Positions 28,987 through 39,042 of a stretch of 64,000 nt of DNA are shown here, in pieces. Numbering within the stretch: position 1 is the stretch's first letter; the number at the start of each line of letters is the position of its first letter. Below the pieces are notes generated by a model that searched no databases, was not told the DNA's origin, and saw only the letters and a list, made by a program, of their open reading frames with translations. The translations under genes and the position numbers were made by a program. The stretch lies in assembly GCF_004014855.1 (NCBI RefSeq), contig NZ_CP034930.1, forward strand, positions 2,025,716-2,089,715. Direction: 5' to 3'. This DNA is from Apibacter raozihei. GTDB lineage: Bacteria; Bacteroidota; Bacteroidia; Flavobacteriales; Weeksellaceae.

Positions 28987-29103
28987 ATTTTTTCAATTTC
29001 GTTTTTGTATTCGTGAAGCTTAAGATAAAACATGGTTTACTATTTGATAGTAAATTAAATACAAAAACACTTATAAACTTTTTTTAATTATACAATCAGA
29101 TTT

Positions 29104-31392
29104 ATGATATCCAAAATATATAAAATTATTCCGCTGTTTTTTTTCATGAGCATCTACCAGCTTACTGCACAAAAAACAGTACGTTACGACTTAACCATTA
29201 CAGATACCCTGGTTAATTATACAGGGAAAAATAAAAAAGCCTTTGCCGTTAACGGGCAAATACCTATGCCTACACTTAGATTTACGGAAGGAGATACTGC
29301 AGTTATATACATACATAACAACCTGAAAGGAAAAACTACCTCGTTGCACTGGCATGGTATATTGCTACCCAACCAATACGATGGTGTAGACTATCTGACA
29401 TCAGCTCCTATTAAAGCAGGAGAAACGGTTGTTTATAAATTCCCGATTATTCAGAACGGTACTTATTGGTATCACTCTCATACCGGATTACAGGAGCAGG
29501 ACGGAATGTATGGCGCTTTTATCATTGATAAAAAGGATGAAAAAATTACCTATCCGGAACATACGGTTCTTGTTACTGACTGGACCAATGCTAATTCCAA
29601 TGATGTTTTACGCAGGTTGTATTTTCACGATGACTGGGCTGAAATACAGAAAAATAAAATACAAAAAGGAGTTACTCAAAGTTATCTGGAAGCTATTCAA
29701 CAAGGGCATTTGGGAACAAAAATAAAAAATGAGTGGAAAAGAATGAGTGCAATGGATGTTAGCGATGTTTATTATGACCAGATACAAATCAATGGAAAAC
29801 AAGAAGATACTATCAAAGTAAATCATAATAAAAGAGTTAAATTACGAATTATTAACGGAGGCTCCTCTTCCTATTTCTGGGTTACGTATTCCGGAGGTAA
29901 AATGCAGGTGGTTGCTGCCGACGGTAAAGATGTGGAACCGGTAACGGTAGACCGTTTTATTATGGGAAATGGAGAAACTTATGATGTATGGGTAGAAGTT
30001 CCGGATGATTCTATGTCGTATGAACTATTAGCTACTACTGAAGATCGTACCCGTACAGCTTCTCTTTGGGTTGGTAACGGAGGCCATAAAATGCCGGCTG
30101 AACGATTGAAACCGCTCAAATATTTTGAAGGAATGAAAATGATGAACGGTATGATGAAAATGAATGGAAACCTGGATCCTATGGGAATGAAAATGGGAAT
30201 GCAAAAGATGGATATGAATCAGGTGATGTATCCCGAAATTAAAAATAACTCAGGCGGACATTCCGGTCATGGCGATCATGCTATGGGGATGAACATGAAT
30301 ATGGAGGGTGAAGATTCAAAAAATGAGCATTCAGGGCATACTATGAATCATGAATCTATGCATACCACTACTCAAAAAAATACTAATCCGGTTACATTAA
30401 ACTATTCAATGCTTAAATCTCCTGTAGTTACTACACTGCCTGAAGGTCCTGTAAAAGAATTGCGTTTTGAACTCACCGGTAACATGGATCGGTATGTGTG
30501 GTCGCTAAACAATAAAACCATATCTGAAGCTGATAAAATAGTTATAAAGAAAGGAGAGAAGGTAAGAATTGTATTATATAATAATACCATGATGAGGCAT
30601 CCGCTTCATTTGCATGGGCACTTCTTCCGGATTTTAAATGGTCAGGGTGAATATTCTCCCTTAAAACATACGCTGGATATTATGCCCATGGAAACCGATA
30701 CGATTGAATTTGAAGCTAATGAATCCGGAGACTGGATTTTCCACTGTCATATATTATATCATATGATGAGTGGAATGGGTAGGGTATTCAGCTATGAAAA
30801 TTCACCGCAAAACCCTCAGCTTCCTGATTCTGCCATGTCCTGGAAAATGTTTTCCATGATGGATAAAATGAAACGGTTCAGCATACAAAATGAATTTAGC
30901 AGCGGAGGTAATACAGGGAAATTAATGCTGGAAAATAAAAGATGGGCTTTACAATCGGAATGGAAACTTGCCTATCAATCCGATCCAGGCTATGAAGCAG
31001 AAGTTCGTTTAGGGAGGTATATAGGCAAAATGCAATGGTTTATGCCGTATATAGGATACAATTGGAATCATACAAGTTCCGAAAGAGAAAAAAATATATT
31101 CGGACAGAGGCAAAACAGACAAACCATCAATGACCTGACCATAGGTTTTCGTTATCTTCTTCCGATGCTGGTGCGTTTAGATGCCAGCGTTTCACCAACC
31201 AGCGGGCAGGTTAGAGTTAAGCTGGAAAAAGAAGATGTGGTAGTAAGTCCCCGGCTGCGTATGGACTTGTCTTTAGATGATCACCTTGAATTTACCACGC
31301 GTATGCGTTATTTACTAACCAAATATATTTCAGTTTCCGGTTACTATGACAGTGAATGGAAATGGGGAGCAGGGTTGCAGTTCAGATATTAA
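29104..31392 (+). CDS. Multicopper oxidase (CopA/CueO-like) with a Met-rich insert and a roughly 200-aa CopB-like C-terminal domain
   Basis: Cu sites HWHGILLP and HCHILYHMMSGM are present. The Met-rich segment is MKMMNGMMKMNGNLDPMGMKMGMQKMDM. The C-terminal region has amphipathic beta-strand alternation and ends ..GLQFRY, a terminal aromatic as in outer-membrane barrels. Confidence 0.8.
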   Translation: MISKIYKIIPLFFFMSIYQLTAQKTVRYDLTITDTLVNYTGKNKKAFAVNGQIPMPTLRFTEGDTAVIYIHNNLKGKTTSLHWHGILLPNQYDGVDYLTSAPIKAGETVVYKFPIIQNGTYWYHSHTGLQEQDGMYGAFIIDKKDEKITYPEHTVLVTDWTNANSNDVLRRLYFHDDWAEIQKNKIQKGVTQSYLEAIQQGHLGTKIKNEWKRMSAMDVSDVYYDQIQINGKQEDTIKVNHNKRVKLRIINGGSSSYFWVTYSGGKMQVVAADGKDVEPVTVDRFIMGNGETYDVWVEVPDDSMSYELLATTEDRTRTASLWVGNGGHKMPAERLKPLKYFEGMKMMNGMMKMNGNLDPMGMKMGMQKMDMNQVMYPEIKNNSGGHSGHGDHAMGMNMNMEGEDSKNEHSGHTMNHESMHTTTQKNTNPVTLNYSMLKSPVVTTLPEGPVKELRFELTGNMDRYVWSLNNKTISEADKIVIKKGEKVRIVLYNNTMMRHPLHLHGHFFRILNGQGEYSPLKHTLDIMPMETDTIEFEANESGDWIFHCHILYHMMSGMGRVFSYENSPQNPQLPDSAMSWKMFSMMDKMKRFSIQNEFSSGGNTGKLMLENKRWALQSEWKLAYQSDPGYEAEVRLGRYIGKMQWFMPYIGYNWNHTSSEREKNIFGQRQNRQTINDLTIGFRYLLPMLVRLDASVSPTSGQVRVKLEKEDVVVSPRLRMDLSLDDHLEFTTRMRYLLTKYISVSGYYDSEWKWGAGLQFRY

Positions 31393-31414
31393 TCATAACA
31401 TTTATAATAAAAAA

Positions 31415-31439
31415 AGACAGCCCAATCATTGGGCTGTCT
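31415..31439. terminator. Bidirectional terminator AGACAGCCCAATCATTGGGCTGTCT
   Basis: A 10-bp perfect stem between convergent genes, with A/T runs on both sides. Confidence 0.7.
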
Positions 31440-31453
31440 TTATCTTAAAAGGG

Positions 31454-32548
31454 CTATTTAGAAAACAAAGTTCTTAATTGTTCCAATGTATTTCCACCAC
31501 CGGAAAGGCTGATTTCACCAATCTTATCTGCTATCTTTTCCATGTATTCCATTTCTTTCAACTTCCATAACATACTATTTTCTTCCATTAGTTTGGCAGT
31601 ATTCAACAAACTACGTGTAGAAGCAGTTTCTTCTCTTCGGGTAATGCTATTTGCCTGCGCCTTCTTTTCAGCAATTAAAACCTGATTCATTATCTCCTTG
31701 ATCTCTCCGGGAAGGATAATATCTTTTAAACCACAATCCATAAGTTCAACACCAAGTTTTTTAGCTTTATCGGCGCAAAGGGCAAGTATAACAGAGGCAA
31801 TTTCCGTCTTAGTATCCATTAACTCGTCAAAAGTCAATTTCCCCACGTACTCTCTTAACGCAAACTGAACACAAGTATATAATTGTTTATCAAAATCCTT
31901 ATTTTCTACCAGGGCTTTAACAAAATCTATTACTTGATAAGTAATTGTAAAATTGATTCTAAGCTGAGCTTTATCACGGGTAAGGATTTCCTGTCCCGGT
32001 ATTTCCATTGAAATTTTTCGTACATCCGATTTAACTACATGTATGGTTGTATTGTTTTTCCACCAGTAATAGGAACCGGCTTCCAGTAAACCTTCAAATT
32101 TACCGTCAATAAAAAGCAACCCTTTTTCGTAGGACTGGATCTGATAAGTTCTTATATATTTAAAGAAAATATCTCTGGTAAATAAATTTTTATCAATAGA
32201 TTCATCCATTTCAAGAGAATTTAGATCAACCGTAGTAAAAGAAAAAACCTCATTACTTTTCCAGAAAGCGTGTTTCCCGGCTTCTAGTATAGTATAAAAA
32301 TTTTTATCTTTATATACTAAACCTATTTCATTATCCGCAAGGGCAAAAACTTGTAACTTTTCCTTTAATTTTTCATTTAAAAGTAAAGTTTCTAAATTAA
32401 TATAAGGATTAAAAGGTTGCTCCATGTCGTAAATTTCCAGTATTTCTTTCCAAAAAATCCAATGAGAACCTTTTTCCAAAATTCGTATCAATTCACCATT
32501 TTTAAATACCAATCCAATCGTGTTGGTAATAATTCGTACTTTTTTCAT
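31454..32548 (-). CDS. SPFH/band-7 domain protein with three N-terminal tandem repeats of about 50 aa
   Basis: The C-terminal 190 aa is SPFH-like. The N-terminus carries three copies of a G(E/K)LxxxLEAGxHxxWK motif. Confidence 0.65.
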   Translation of the reverse strand: MKKVRIITNTIGLVFKNGELIRILEKGSHWIFWKEILEIYDMEQPFNPYINLETLLLNEKLKEKLQVFALADNEIGLVYKDKNFYTILEAGKHAFWKSNEVFSFTTVDLNSLEMDESIDKNLFTRDIFFKYIRTYQIQSYEKGLLFIDGKFEGLLEAGSYYWWKNNTTIHVVKSDVRKISMEIPGQEILTRDKAQLRINFTITYQVIDFVKALVENKDFDKQLYTCVQFALREYVGKLTFDELMDTKTEIASVILALCADKAKKLGVELMDCGLKDIILPGEIKEIMNQVLIAEKKAQANSITRREETASTRSLLNTAKLMEENSMLWKLKEMEYMEKIADKIGEISLSGGGNTLEQLRTLFSK

Positions 32549-32902
32549 AAGTATAAAATTTACATTATAATTATTATTTTATAAATTAAAAAGGTGTATT
32601 GAAAAGAAATTCCTTTCCTTATACGGAAACAAAAGAGGTTTAAAAATGTTTGATATAATCATTTTTGTTTTTAATCACTAAAATTTAATGGTTTAATATT
32701 TTAGTGAATTCACAAAATGTTTATAAAAATTATAAGTAAACCTGGTTATGTTTTCAGAGTATTCGGTAAAGTGCCGTTTAATTATCCAACGATAATAAGC
32801 CGAATCTCCTTTCAATAAACCTAAGTCGAGAAATTTTTTAAGGTATCTCATCCTTCCTACTAATAGATTTACAGTCTATTAAACAAACCGATGTCCAATT
32901 AA

Positions 32903-33112
32903 GAGTTGGATGCTGGAATCGAACCAGCCAGATTTATACTGTGCTCTACCCATTGAGCTATGCTTTAAAAAACAACAGGACTCGAACCTGTAACCCCAGC
33001 GTCCATGGTTAGCAGACACACGTTTTGTTTCCAGTATGGTAACAGCCAAAGGCTTATACCACTTCCATGCTATACAGAAACATGAGATTCAGACAACGAA
33101 CCGGTGTTACTC
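32903..33112 (-). other. Cluster of degenerate tRNA-like fragments (three T-arm-like GGTTCGAnTCC motifs and one perfect D-arm GCTCAATGGGTAGAGC) that do not fold into complete cloverleaves
   Basis: The reverse complement contains GCTGGTTCGATTCCAGC, ACAGGTTCGAGTCCTGT and CACCGGTTCGTTG. The acceptor and anticodon arms are incompatible or truncated. Confidence 0.4.
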
Positions 33113-33113
33113 G

Positions 33114-33185
33114 TACTCAGGCAGGGAATTGAACCCTAATCTCCAGATTGAAAATCTGATGCACTTGCCATTATGCTACTTGAGC
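33114..33185 (-). tRNA. tRNA-like gene, Glu(TTC)-like cloverleaf with one A-C mismatch in the acceptor stem; possibly a pseudo- or foreign tRNA
   Basis: The minus-strand sequence is GCTCAAG-TA-GCAT-AATGGCAA-GTGC-A-TCAGA-TTTTCAA-TCTGG-AGAT-TAGGG-TTCAATT-CCCTG-CCTGAGT-A. It is AT-rich and does not look like a typical host tRNA-Glu. Confidence 0.35.
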
Positions 33186-33412
33186 GAATCATTGAAAGTA
33201 GCTATTAACTATTTCAATACTGCAAATATGCATGCCTAAGTGTGTTATAGAATTGCGTAATTAAATAATTTTATATAATTTTTTTTATATAACTGTAAAT
33301 CATTATTTTATTTATGATTTAATTTTTTTAATTAGAGAGATAATTCTCAGTTACGCAATTATATTGCGTCTTTTAAATTAAAATGAATTATATTTGAAAA
33401 GATAAGAACAAT

Positions 33413-34450
33413 ATGGCGACTAACAAATCTGCATTAATACGTTACAGAACTATAGATAATTGTTTACGAAACCCATATCGGAAATGGACACTTGAAGATT
33501 TGATCGATAAGGTTTCCGACGCATTATATGAATATGAAGGCATAACCACGGGTGTAAGTAAGAGAACAATTCAGGCCGATATTCAGTTAATGAGAAGCGA
33601 TAAATTAGGATATAATGCACCTATTATTGTTAAAGAAAGAAAATATTATGTTTATGATGATCCTGAATATAGTATAACCAACTCACCAATCACCGATGCC
33701 GATATGGGGAAAATGAAGGAAATTGTAGCTGTATTAAAGCAGCTTAACGGTTTTCAGTATTTTGATGAAATGAGTGAAATGATAGCCAGATTAGAGAATA
33801 GTTTATATAAAACAGAAGATAAAAAACAGGAATTTATACAATTTGAAGGAAATCAACGATTAAGAGGTATTAAATATATTACTCCTATTTATCATGCAAT
33901 AGTTCATAAAAAACCATTACTTATTAATTATAAATCTTTTAAAGCCATACAGGCTAGGCAATCTGTTTACTATCCTTATCTACTCAAAGAATATCGTAAT
34001 CGCTGGTTTCTGGTATCTAAGCAGAAAAGCGGAAAATTTCTTTATAATCTTGCCTTGGATCGTATGGAAGAAGTCTACGAATTGGCAGCAGAACCTTATG
34101 TTGAGTATGAAGGGGTTGACTTTAACCGTTATTTTGACGATGTAATAGGAGTTTCCAAAACAGAAAAAGATAGGGCACAAAAAGTTATTTTATGGTTTAA
34201 TAAAGATAATGCTCCCTATGTAATTACTAAGCCTTTGCATAGCTCTCAGCAGATTGTAAAGAACGAAGAGGATGGAGGTATAGTAATACGAATTGATGTA
34301 GTACTTAATTTTGAACTGGAAAGAGAAATATTAGGTTTTGGAGATACAGTAAAGGTGTTAAGTCCCAGATTATTGCAGAAAAAAATAAGAAAAAAGTTAT
34401 TCAGTGCATCCCAATTATACACCGAAGCAGAAACAGAATCTGAAGATTAG
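33413..34450 (+). CDS. WYL-domain transcriptional regulator (HTH-WYL-WCX architecture)
   Basis: 345 aa. The central YRNRWFLVSKQKSGKFLYNLALDRMEEV fits the WYL-domain pattern (RWYLV...FRLDRI), with an N-terminal HTH-like region. Confidence 0.6.
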   Translation: MATNKSALIRYRTIDNCLRNPYRKWTLEDLIDKVSDALYEYEGITTGVSKRTIQADIQLMRSDKLGYNAPIIVKERKYYVYDDPEYSITNSPITDADMGKMKEIVAVLKQLNGFQYFDEMSEMIARLENSLYKTEDKKQEFIQFEGNQRLRGIKYITPIYHAIVHKKPLLINYKSFKAIQARQSVYYPYLLKEYRNRWFLVSKQKSGKFLYNLALDRMEEVYELAAEPYVEYEGVDFNRYFDDVIGVSKTEKDRAQKVILWFNKDNAPYVITKPLHSSQQIVKNEEDGGIVIRIDVVLNFELEREILGFGDTVKVLSPRLLQKKIRKKLFSASQLYTEAETESED

Positions 34451-34462
34451 TAAAAAAACAAT

Positions 34463-35104
34463 TTATCTTTCACTTTTAAGTCTTGGGATTTGTAAATCCC
34501 ATTTCACAGCTATATAACGTAGTAGTACAACTACTCCAACAGTGATAATGCTTATAAAAGGAAGTTGAAAATTAAACAGTTGTAAAAATACAAAACAGCT
34601 ACCTCCTAAAATACAAGGAAAGGCATATATTTCACGTTTAAATATCTGAGGAATTTTATTTAGAAAAACATCCCTGAGAATTCCGCCAATAATACCTGTA
34701 ATAGTTGCCATAGAAATAATAACCCATGAGTTATAGCCTAGAAGCATGGCCTTTTCTGCACCGACGACTACAAATAAGCCCAGCCCGATACTGTCACTCC
34801 AGAAGAAAAATCTGTTGAGATGGTTAAGATGTTCCCTTAGAAAAATATAAAATAAAAGAGCCAGAAGTGTACACCATAAATAGATACTGTTTAGCATCCA
34901 AAAAGGAGTTATATCTAAAAGAAGATCCCGTAAAGTTCCCCCGCCCACAGCAGTTACGAAGCCCAGAACAAACGCTCCGAACCAGTCGCAATTTTTAGTA
35001 GCAGCTCCTCGTATACCGTTAATAGCAAAAGCAAAAGTTCCTATAAATTCAATGATTTCCACATATCGGATTTGTAGGAGTAAATCAATTACAGATTCTT
35101 TCAT
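34463..35104 (-). CDS. TRIC/UPF0126-family cation channel membrane protein (YadS-like)
   Basis: Two repeats with the glycine-rich motifs AVGGGTLRD and ITGIIGGILRD; seven TM helices. Confidence 0.75.
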   Translation of the reverse strand: MKESVIDLLLQIRYVEIIEFIGTFAFAINGIRGAATKNCDWFGAFVLGFVTAVGGGTLRDLLLDITPFWMLNSIYLWCTLLALLFYIFLREHLNHLNRFFFWSDSIGLGLFVVVGAEKAMLLGYNSWVIISMATITGIIGGILRDVFLNKIPQIFKREIYAFPCILGGSCFVFLQLFNFQLPFISIITVGVVVLLRYIAVKWDLQIPRLKSER

Positions 35105-35198
35105 TTTTCTGACTAAATTTTAAAAATTTTGCAATATTACAATATTTATTAAAAATTTTAGAAAAGGATAACCATAATTTATTAATCCGAGTTTGTAA

Positions 35199-35945
35199 TT
35201 ATTTTATGGCAAGAATGGCTTCAGCTAATAAAGTACAATATTCTAAATTTTCCGGAAGATTTAATATGTCTCGTTCAATTTGATAAATCCGGTTGGTAAT
35301 AGATGTTATATCAGCACCTGTCTTTTTGAGAATGAAAATATCCGGAATGTAATTCTTAAATTTATTGCTACCATTAATAATACCTTCAAAATTAGAGTGC
35401 CAGTTTATCCATAAAATATCATTGATTTTTTTGAAGAGAATAAAATCCTGACTTGTCTTTAGCGTATTCTTAAGGCCATTGCTTCGATTAAATAAAAGAA
35501 GTAATGATTCGGTTTCTTCAATCAAAGTTTTATCTTCAAAATAGTTAGCAGTATTAATAGCCAGATAAGGAAAATCCAATTCATTATTTTTATCAAAAGC
35601 AGAAGCATAGGAATGTCCGGAATTATTGTAAGTAATTTGGGCTGTAAGTTCCGCTAATAATAAATAAGTATTAGGTGCAAAATCAGTGTTTAACGTTGAA
35701 AAATCTTTTAATTTCTGATAAATTTCATAAGCAAACCGCCACTGTTCAATATCCGGGATAATAGTGTATAATTCTCTAACCGGATCAGGTAAGGTATCTA
35801 TGTAGACATCAAATAATGAGAGTATAGAACAAGCCCATCCCGGTTTAACCTGATCCGGAATATTATCTAAAATCAAAGGGCTTGAATTATTTATTAGATA
35901 CTCTTGCTTTTTATCCATATTCTTATTGAGGGGGCAAAGGTACAA
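35199..35945 (-). CDS. Hypothetical protein
   Basis: 248 aa ORF with no recognisable motif. Confidence 0.35.
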   Translation of the reverse strand: MYLCPLNKNMDKKQEYLINNSSPLILDNIPDQVKPGWACSILSLFDVYIDTLPDPVRELYTIIPDIEQWRFAYEIYQKLKDFSTLNTDFAPNTYLLLAELTAQITYNNSGHSYASAFDKNNELDFPYLAINTANYFEDKTLIEETESLLLLFNRSNGLKNTLKTSQDFILFKKINDILWINWHSNFEGIINGSNKFKNYIPDIFILKKTGADITSITNRIYQIERDILNLPENLEYCTLLAEAILAIK

Positions 35946-36112
35946 AAATGACTTATATAAGTTTTAATTCAGTAATTAATTTTTGCTTGTGTAAATAACA
36001 ATCTGTTTATGAATTTATGAGGTAATATAATCTTTAAAAAGTTTCAATTTTCGTACCTTTGCATTTGTCTTAAAAATATCTGTAAATCTATAATTTTAAG
36101 ACAATTAAATTT

Positions 36113-38938
36113 ATGAATCAGGATTATATAAAAATATACGGAGCCAGAGAACATAATTTGAAAGATTTGTCTTTGGAAATTCCCAGAAATAAGTTGGTGG
36201 TAATTACAGGATTGAGTGGTAGTGGTAAATCATCATTGGCATTTGATACTATTTTTGCAGAAGGTCAGCGAAGATACATTGAAACTTTTTCAGCCTATGC
36301 CCGCCAATTTTTAGGTACTTTGGAACGTCCGGATGTTGATAAAATTGACGGACTTTCTCCTGTTATAGCAATAGAGCAGAAAACTACGTCTAAAAATCCT
36401 CGTTCGACTGTAGGAACAGTTACAGAATTATATGATTTTTTCCGTTTATTGTATGCGCGTGCATCTGATGCCTACTCCTATAATACAGGAGAAAAAATGA
36501 TTAAATACTCGGAAGATCAGATTATCGATTTGATTTATAAGGATTTTTTAGGAGAAAAAGTACTGTTACTGGCGCCATTAATCCGTTCAAGGAAAGGACA
36601 TTACCGAGAATTATTTGCAGGTCTGGCAAAAAAGGGTTTTTTACAGGTTAGAGTTGATGGAGAGCTTAGAGAGATTGGAAAAGACATGAAGCTGGATAGA
36701 TATAAAATACATGATATAGAAGTGGTTGTGGATAAGTTAGCTATCGATGAAAATGAATACAATCAGCGCATTTTATCTTCTGTCCGTTTAGCTATGCAGC
36801 ATGGTGAGGGTACAATCATGTTGCTTAAACAGGGTGAAGAACAAGGGAAATATTTTAGTAAAAATCTCATGTGTCCTACTACGGGAATTTCTTATCAGGT
36901 ACCTGAACCCAATACGTTTTCATTTAATTCTCCCAAAGGGGCATGTGAGCACTGCAATGGTATAGGAAGAGTGAAAGAAATTAATATATCTAAACTTATA
37001 CCTAACACCAAACTGTCTTTTAATAAAAATGTTTTTCCAGTCTTTGAAGAATTAAAACATACCGGGTGGATTATGTCGCAGATAGAAATTATTTTGAAAA
37101 AAAATGGTTTTGACATGAGTACTCCTTGGGAAAAACTTTCTGAGCAGGCGCAAAATGAGGTGTTATATGGTGCTAATGAAAAAATTACCATGGATTTGGA
37201 TTATGCTCAGATCAAGAAGACCTATAAGATAAGTTTTGAGGGTGTGCTGGAACATCTGACCCGTTTAACGGAAGGTAATGAAGAGGGAGATACTCAAAAA
37301 TTTAAGACCCAGATATTTGAAGATAATATTTGTCCGGTTTGTCAGGGAGCACGTTTAAAAAAAGAAAGTTTATTTTTCAGGCTTGATGAGAAAAACATTT
37401 CAGAAATATCAAATTATTCGTTAAAACAATTAGATGTCTGGATTAAAGAACTTCCCGCAAAAATTTCCGAAAATCAAAATATAATAGCCAAAGAGTTGTT
37501 GCAGGAGATAACCAAAAGGTTAAGTTTTCTGTTAGATGTTGGGTTGGAATACTTAAGTTTAAACCGTCCTTCTCAAACGCTTTCCGGAGGTGAATCCCAA
37601 AGGATACGTCTGGCTACGCAAATTGGTTCTCAGCTGGTAAATGTACTGTATATTTTAGATGAGCCTAGTATTGGTCTACATCAAAGAGATAATGTAAAAT
37701 TAATAGAATCACTTAAAAAACTAAGAGATTTAGGAAATTCGGTAATAGTTGTAGAGCATGATAAAGATATGATTTTACATGCAGACTATGTGATTGATTT
37801 AGGGCCTTTTGCTGGCAAAAGGGGAGGGGAAATAGTATGGCAGGGTGAACCTAAAGATATATCAGAAGCTAATACGTTAACATCTCAATATATAAACGGT
37901 CAGCTAAAAATTAATGTTCCGGATGAAAGAAGAGCAGGAAATGGTCATCATTTAAAATTATCAGGTTGTACCGGAAATAATTTAAAAAATGTAACCTTGG
38001 ATATTCCGTTAGGAAGTTTAGTATGCATCACCGGAGTTTCAGGTAGTGGTAAATCTTCTTTGATAACCAATACTTTATACTCCATTTTAAACAAGCATTT
38101 TTATCGCGCTGAAAAGCTGCCTTTACCATACAAAAAAATTGAAGGAATAGAATTTTTGGATAAAATTGTAGATGTTGATCAATCTCCTATTGGCAGAACT
38201 CCACGTTCTAATCCAGCTACCTATACCGGAGTTTTTACCGAAATAAGAAATCTTTTTGCTCAACTTCCAGAATCTAAAATAAGAGGATATAAATTAGGAC
38301 GTTTTTCATTCAACGTTAAAGGAGGAAGATGTGAAGTTTGTCAGGGTTCCGGACTAAAGCTTATCGAAATGAATTTTTTACCGGATATCTATGTTCATTG
38401 TGAAACCTGTCATGGGAAACGATTTAATAGAGAAACCTTAGAAGTTCGGTATAAAGGAAAATCTATTTCCGATGTTTTGGATATGACTATCGATGAAGCG
38501 GTTGAATTTTTTCAACCCATACCTAAGATTTATCAAAAGATTAAAACTTTACAAGAAGTAGGATTAGGGTATATAACTTTGGGACAACAGTCTACTACTT
38601 TATCGGGAGGCGAAGCACAAAGAGTAAAATTAGCTACTGAACTAAGTAAAAAACAAACCGGAAATACTATTTACATATTAGATGAACCTACTACTGGCTT
38701 GCATTTTGAAGATATTCGTATACTAATGGATGTTATTAATAGGCTGGTTGATTTAGGTAACTCTGTACTTATAATTGAACATAACCTGGATGTTATCAAA
38801 GCTTCTGATTATATTGTGGATATAGGATTGGAAGGAGGAGATAAAGGAGGTAAAATTGTGGTGCAAGGAACTCCGGAAGAAATAATAAAAAATAAAGTAA
38901 GTTATACAGCAAAATATTTAAAAGAGGAAATGCTTTAA
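36113..38938 (+). CDS. uvrA: Excinuclease ABC subunit A
   Basis: 941 aa. It has two ABC ATPase modules (GLSGSGKSS and GVSGSGKSS Walker A) and zinc-finger Cys clusters, the canonical UvrA organisation. Confidence 0.95.
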   Translation: MNQDYIKIYGAREHNLKDLSLEIPRNKLVVITGLSGSGKSSLAFDTIFAEGQRRYIETFSAYARQFLGTLERPDVDKIDGLSPVIAIEQKTTSKNPRSTVGTVTELYDFFRLLYARASDAYSYNTGEKMIKYSEDQIIDLIYKDFLGEKVLLLAPLIRSRKGHYRELFAGLAKKGFLQVRVDGELREIGKDMKLDRYKIHDIEVVVDKLAIDENEYNQRILSSVRLAMQHGEGTIMLLKQGEEQGKYFSKNLMCPTTGISYQVPEPNTFSFNSPKGACEHCNGIGRVKEINISKLIPNTKLSFNKNVFPVFEELKHTGWIMSQIEIILKKNGFDMSTPWEKLSEQAQNEVLYGANEKITMDLDYAQIKKTYKISFEGVLEHLTRLTEGNEEGDTQKFKTQIFEDNICPVCQGARLKKESLFFRLDEKNISEISNYSLKQLDVWIKELPAKISENQNIIAKELLQEITKRLSFLLDVGLEYLSLNRPSQTLSGGESQRIRLATQIGSQLVNVLYILDEPSIGLHQRDNVKLIESLKKLRDLGNSVIVVEHDKDMILHADYVIDLGPFAGKRGGEIVWQGEPKDISEANTLTSQYINGQLKINVPDERRAGNGHHLKLSGCTGNNLKNVTLDIPLGSLVCITGVSGSGKSSLITNTLYSILNKHFYRAEKLPLPYKKIEGIEFLDKIVDVDQSPIGRTPRSNPATYTGVFTEIRNLFAQLPESKIRGYKLGRFSFNVKGGRCEVCQGSGLKLIEMNFLPDIYVHCETCHGKRFNRETLEVRYKGKSISDVLDMTIDEAVEFFQPIPKIYQKIKTLQEVGLGYITLGQQSTTLSGGEAQRVKLATELSKKQTGNTIYILDEPTTGLHFEDIRILMDVINRLVDLGNSVLIIEHNLDVIKASDYIVDIGLEGGDKGGKIVVQGTPEEIIKNKVSYTAKYLKEEML

Positions 38939-39042
38939 AATATTAAATACGTGTAAAGTATAAAATGTATTAAAATAAAGGTCTTTTTTAGCGGGATTTT
39001 TATATTTTTGCATCGATTTTTAAATTACTATAAAGTTAGATT

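Noticed and set aside
33036-33239. 67-aa ORF overlapping the tRNA-like cluster
   Set aside because: It overlaps structured RNA-like sequence on the opposite strand and has no coding signal.
32903-33260. tmRNA (ssrA) spanning the tRNA-like region
   Set aside because: tmRNA has a single T-arm and complementary 5' and 3' acceptor halves. Here there are four T-arm motifs, and no 5' sequence complementary to the ATCCAAC acceptor was found within 400 nt.
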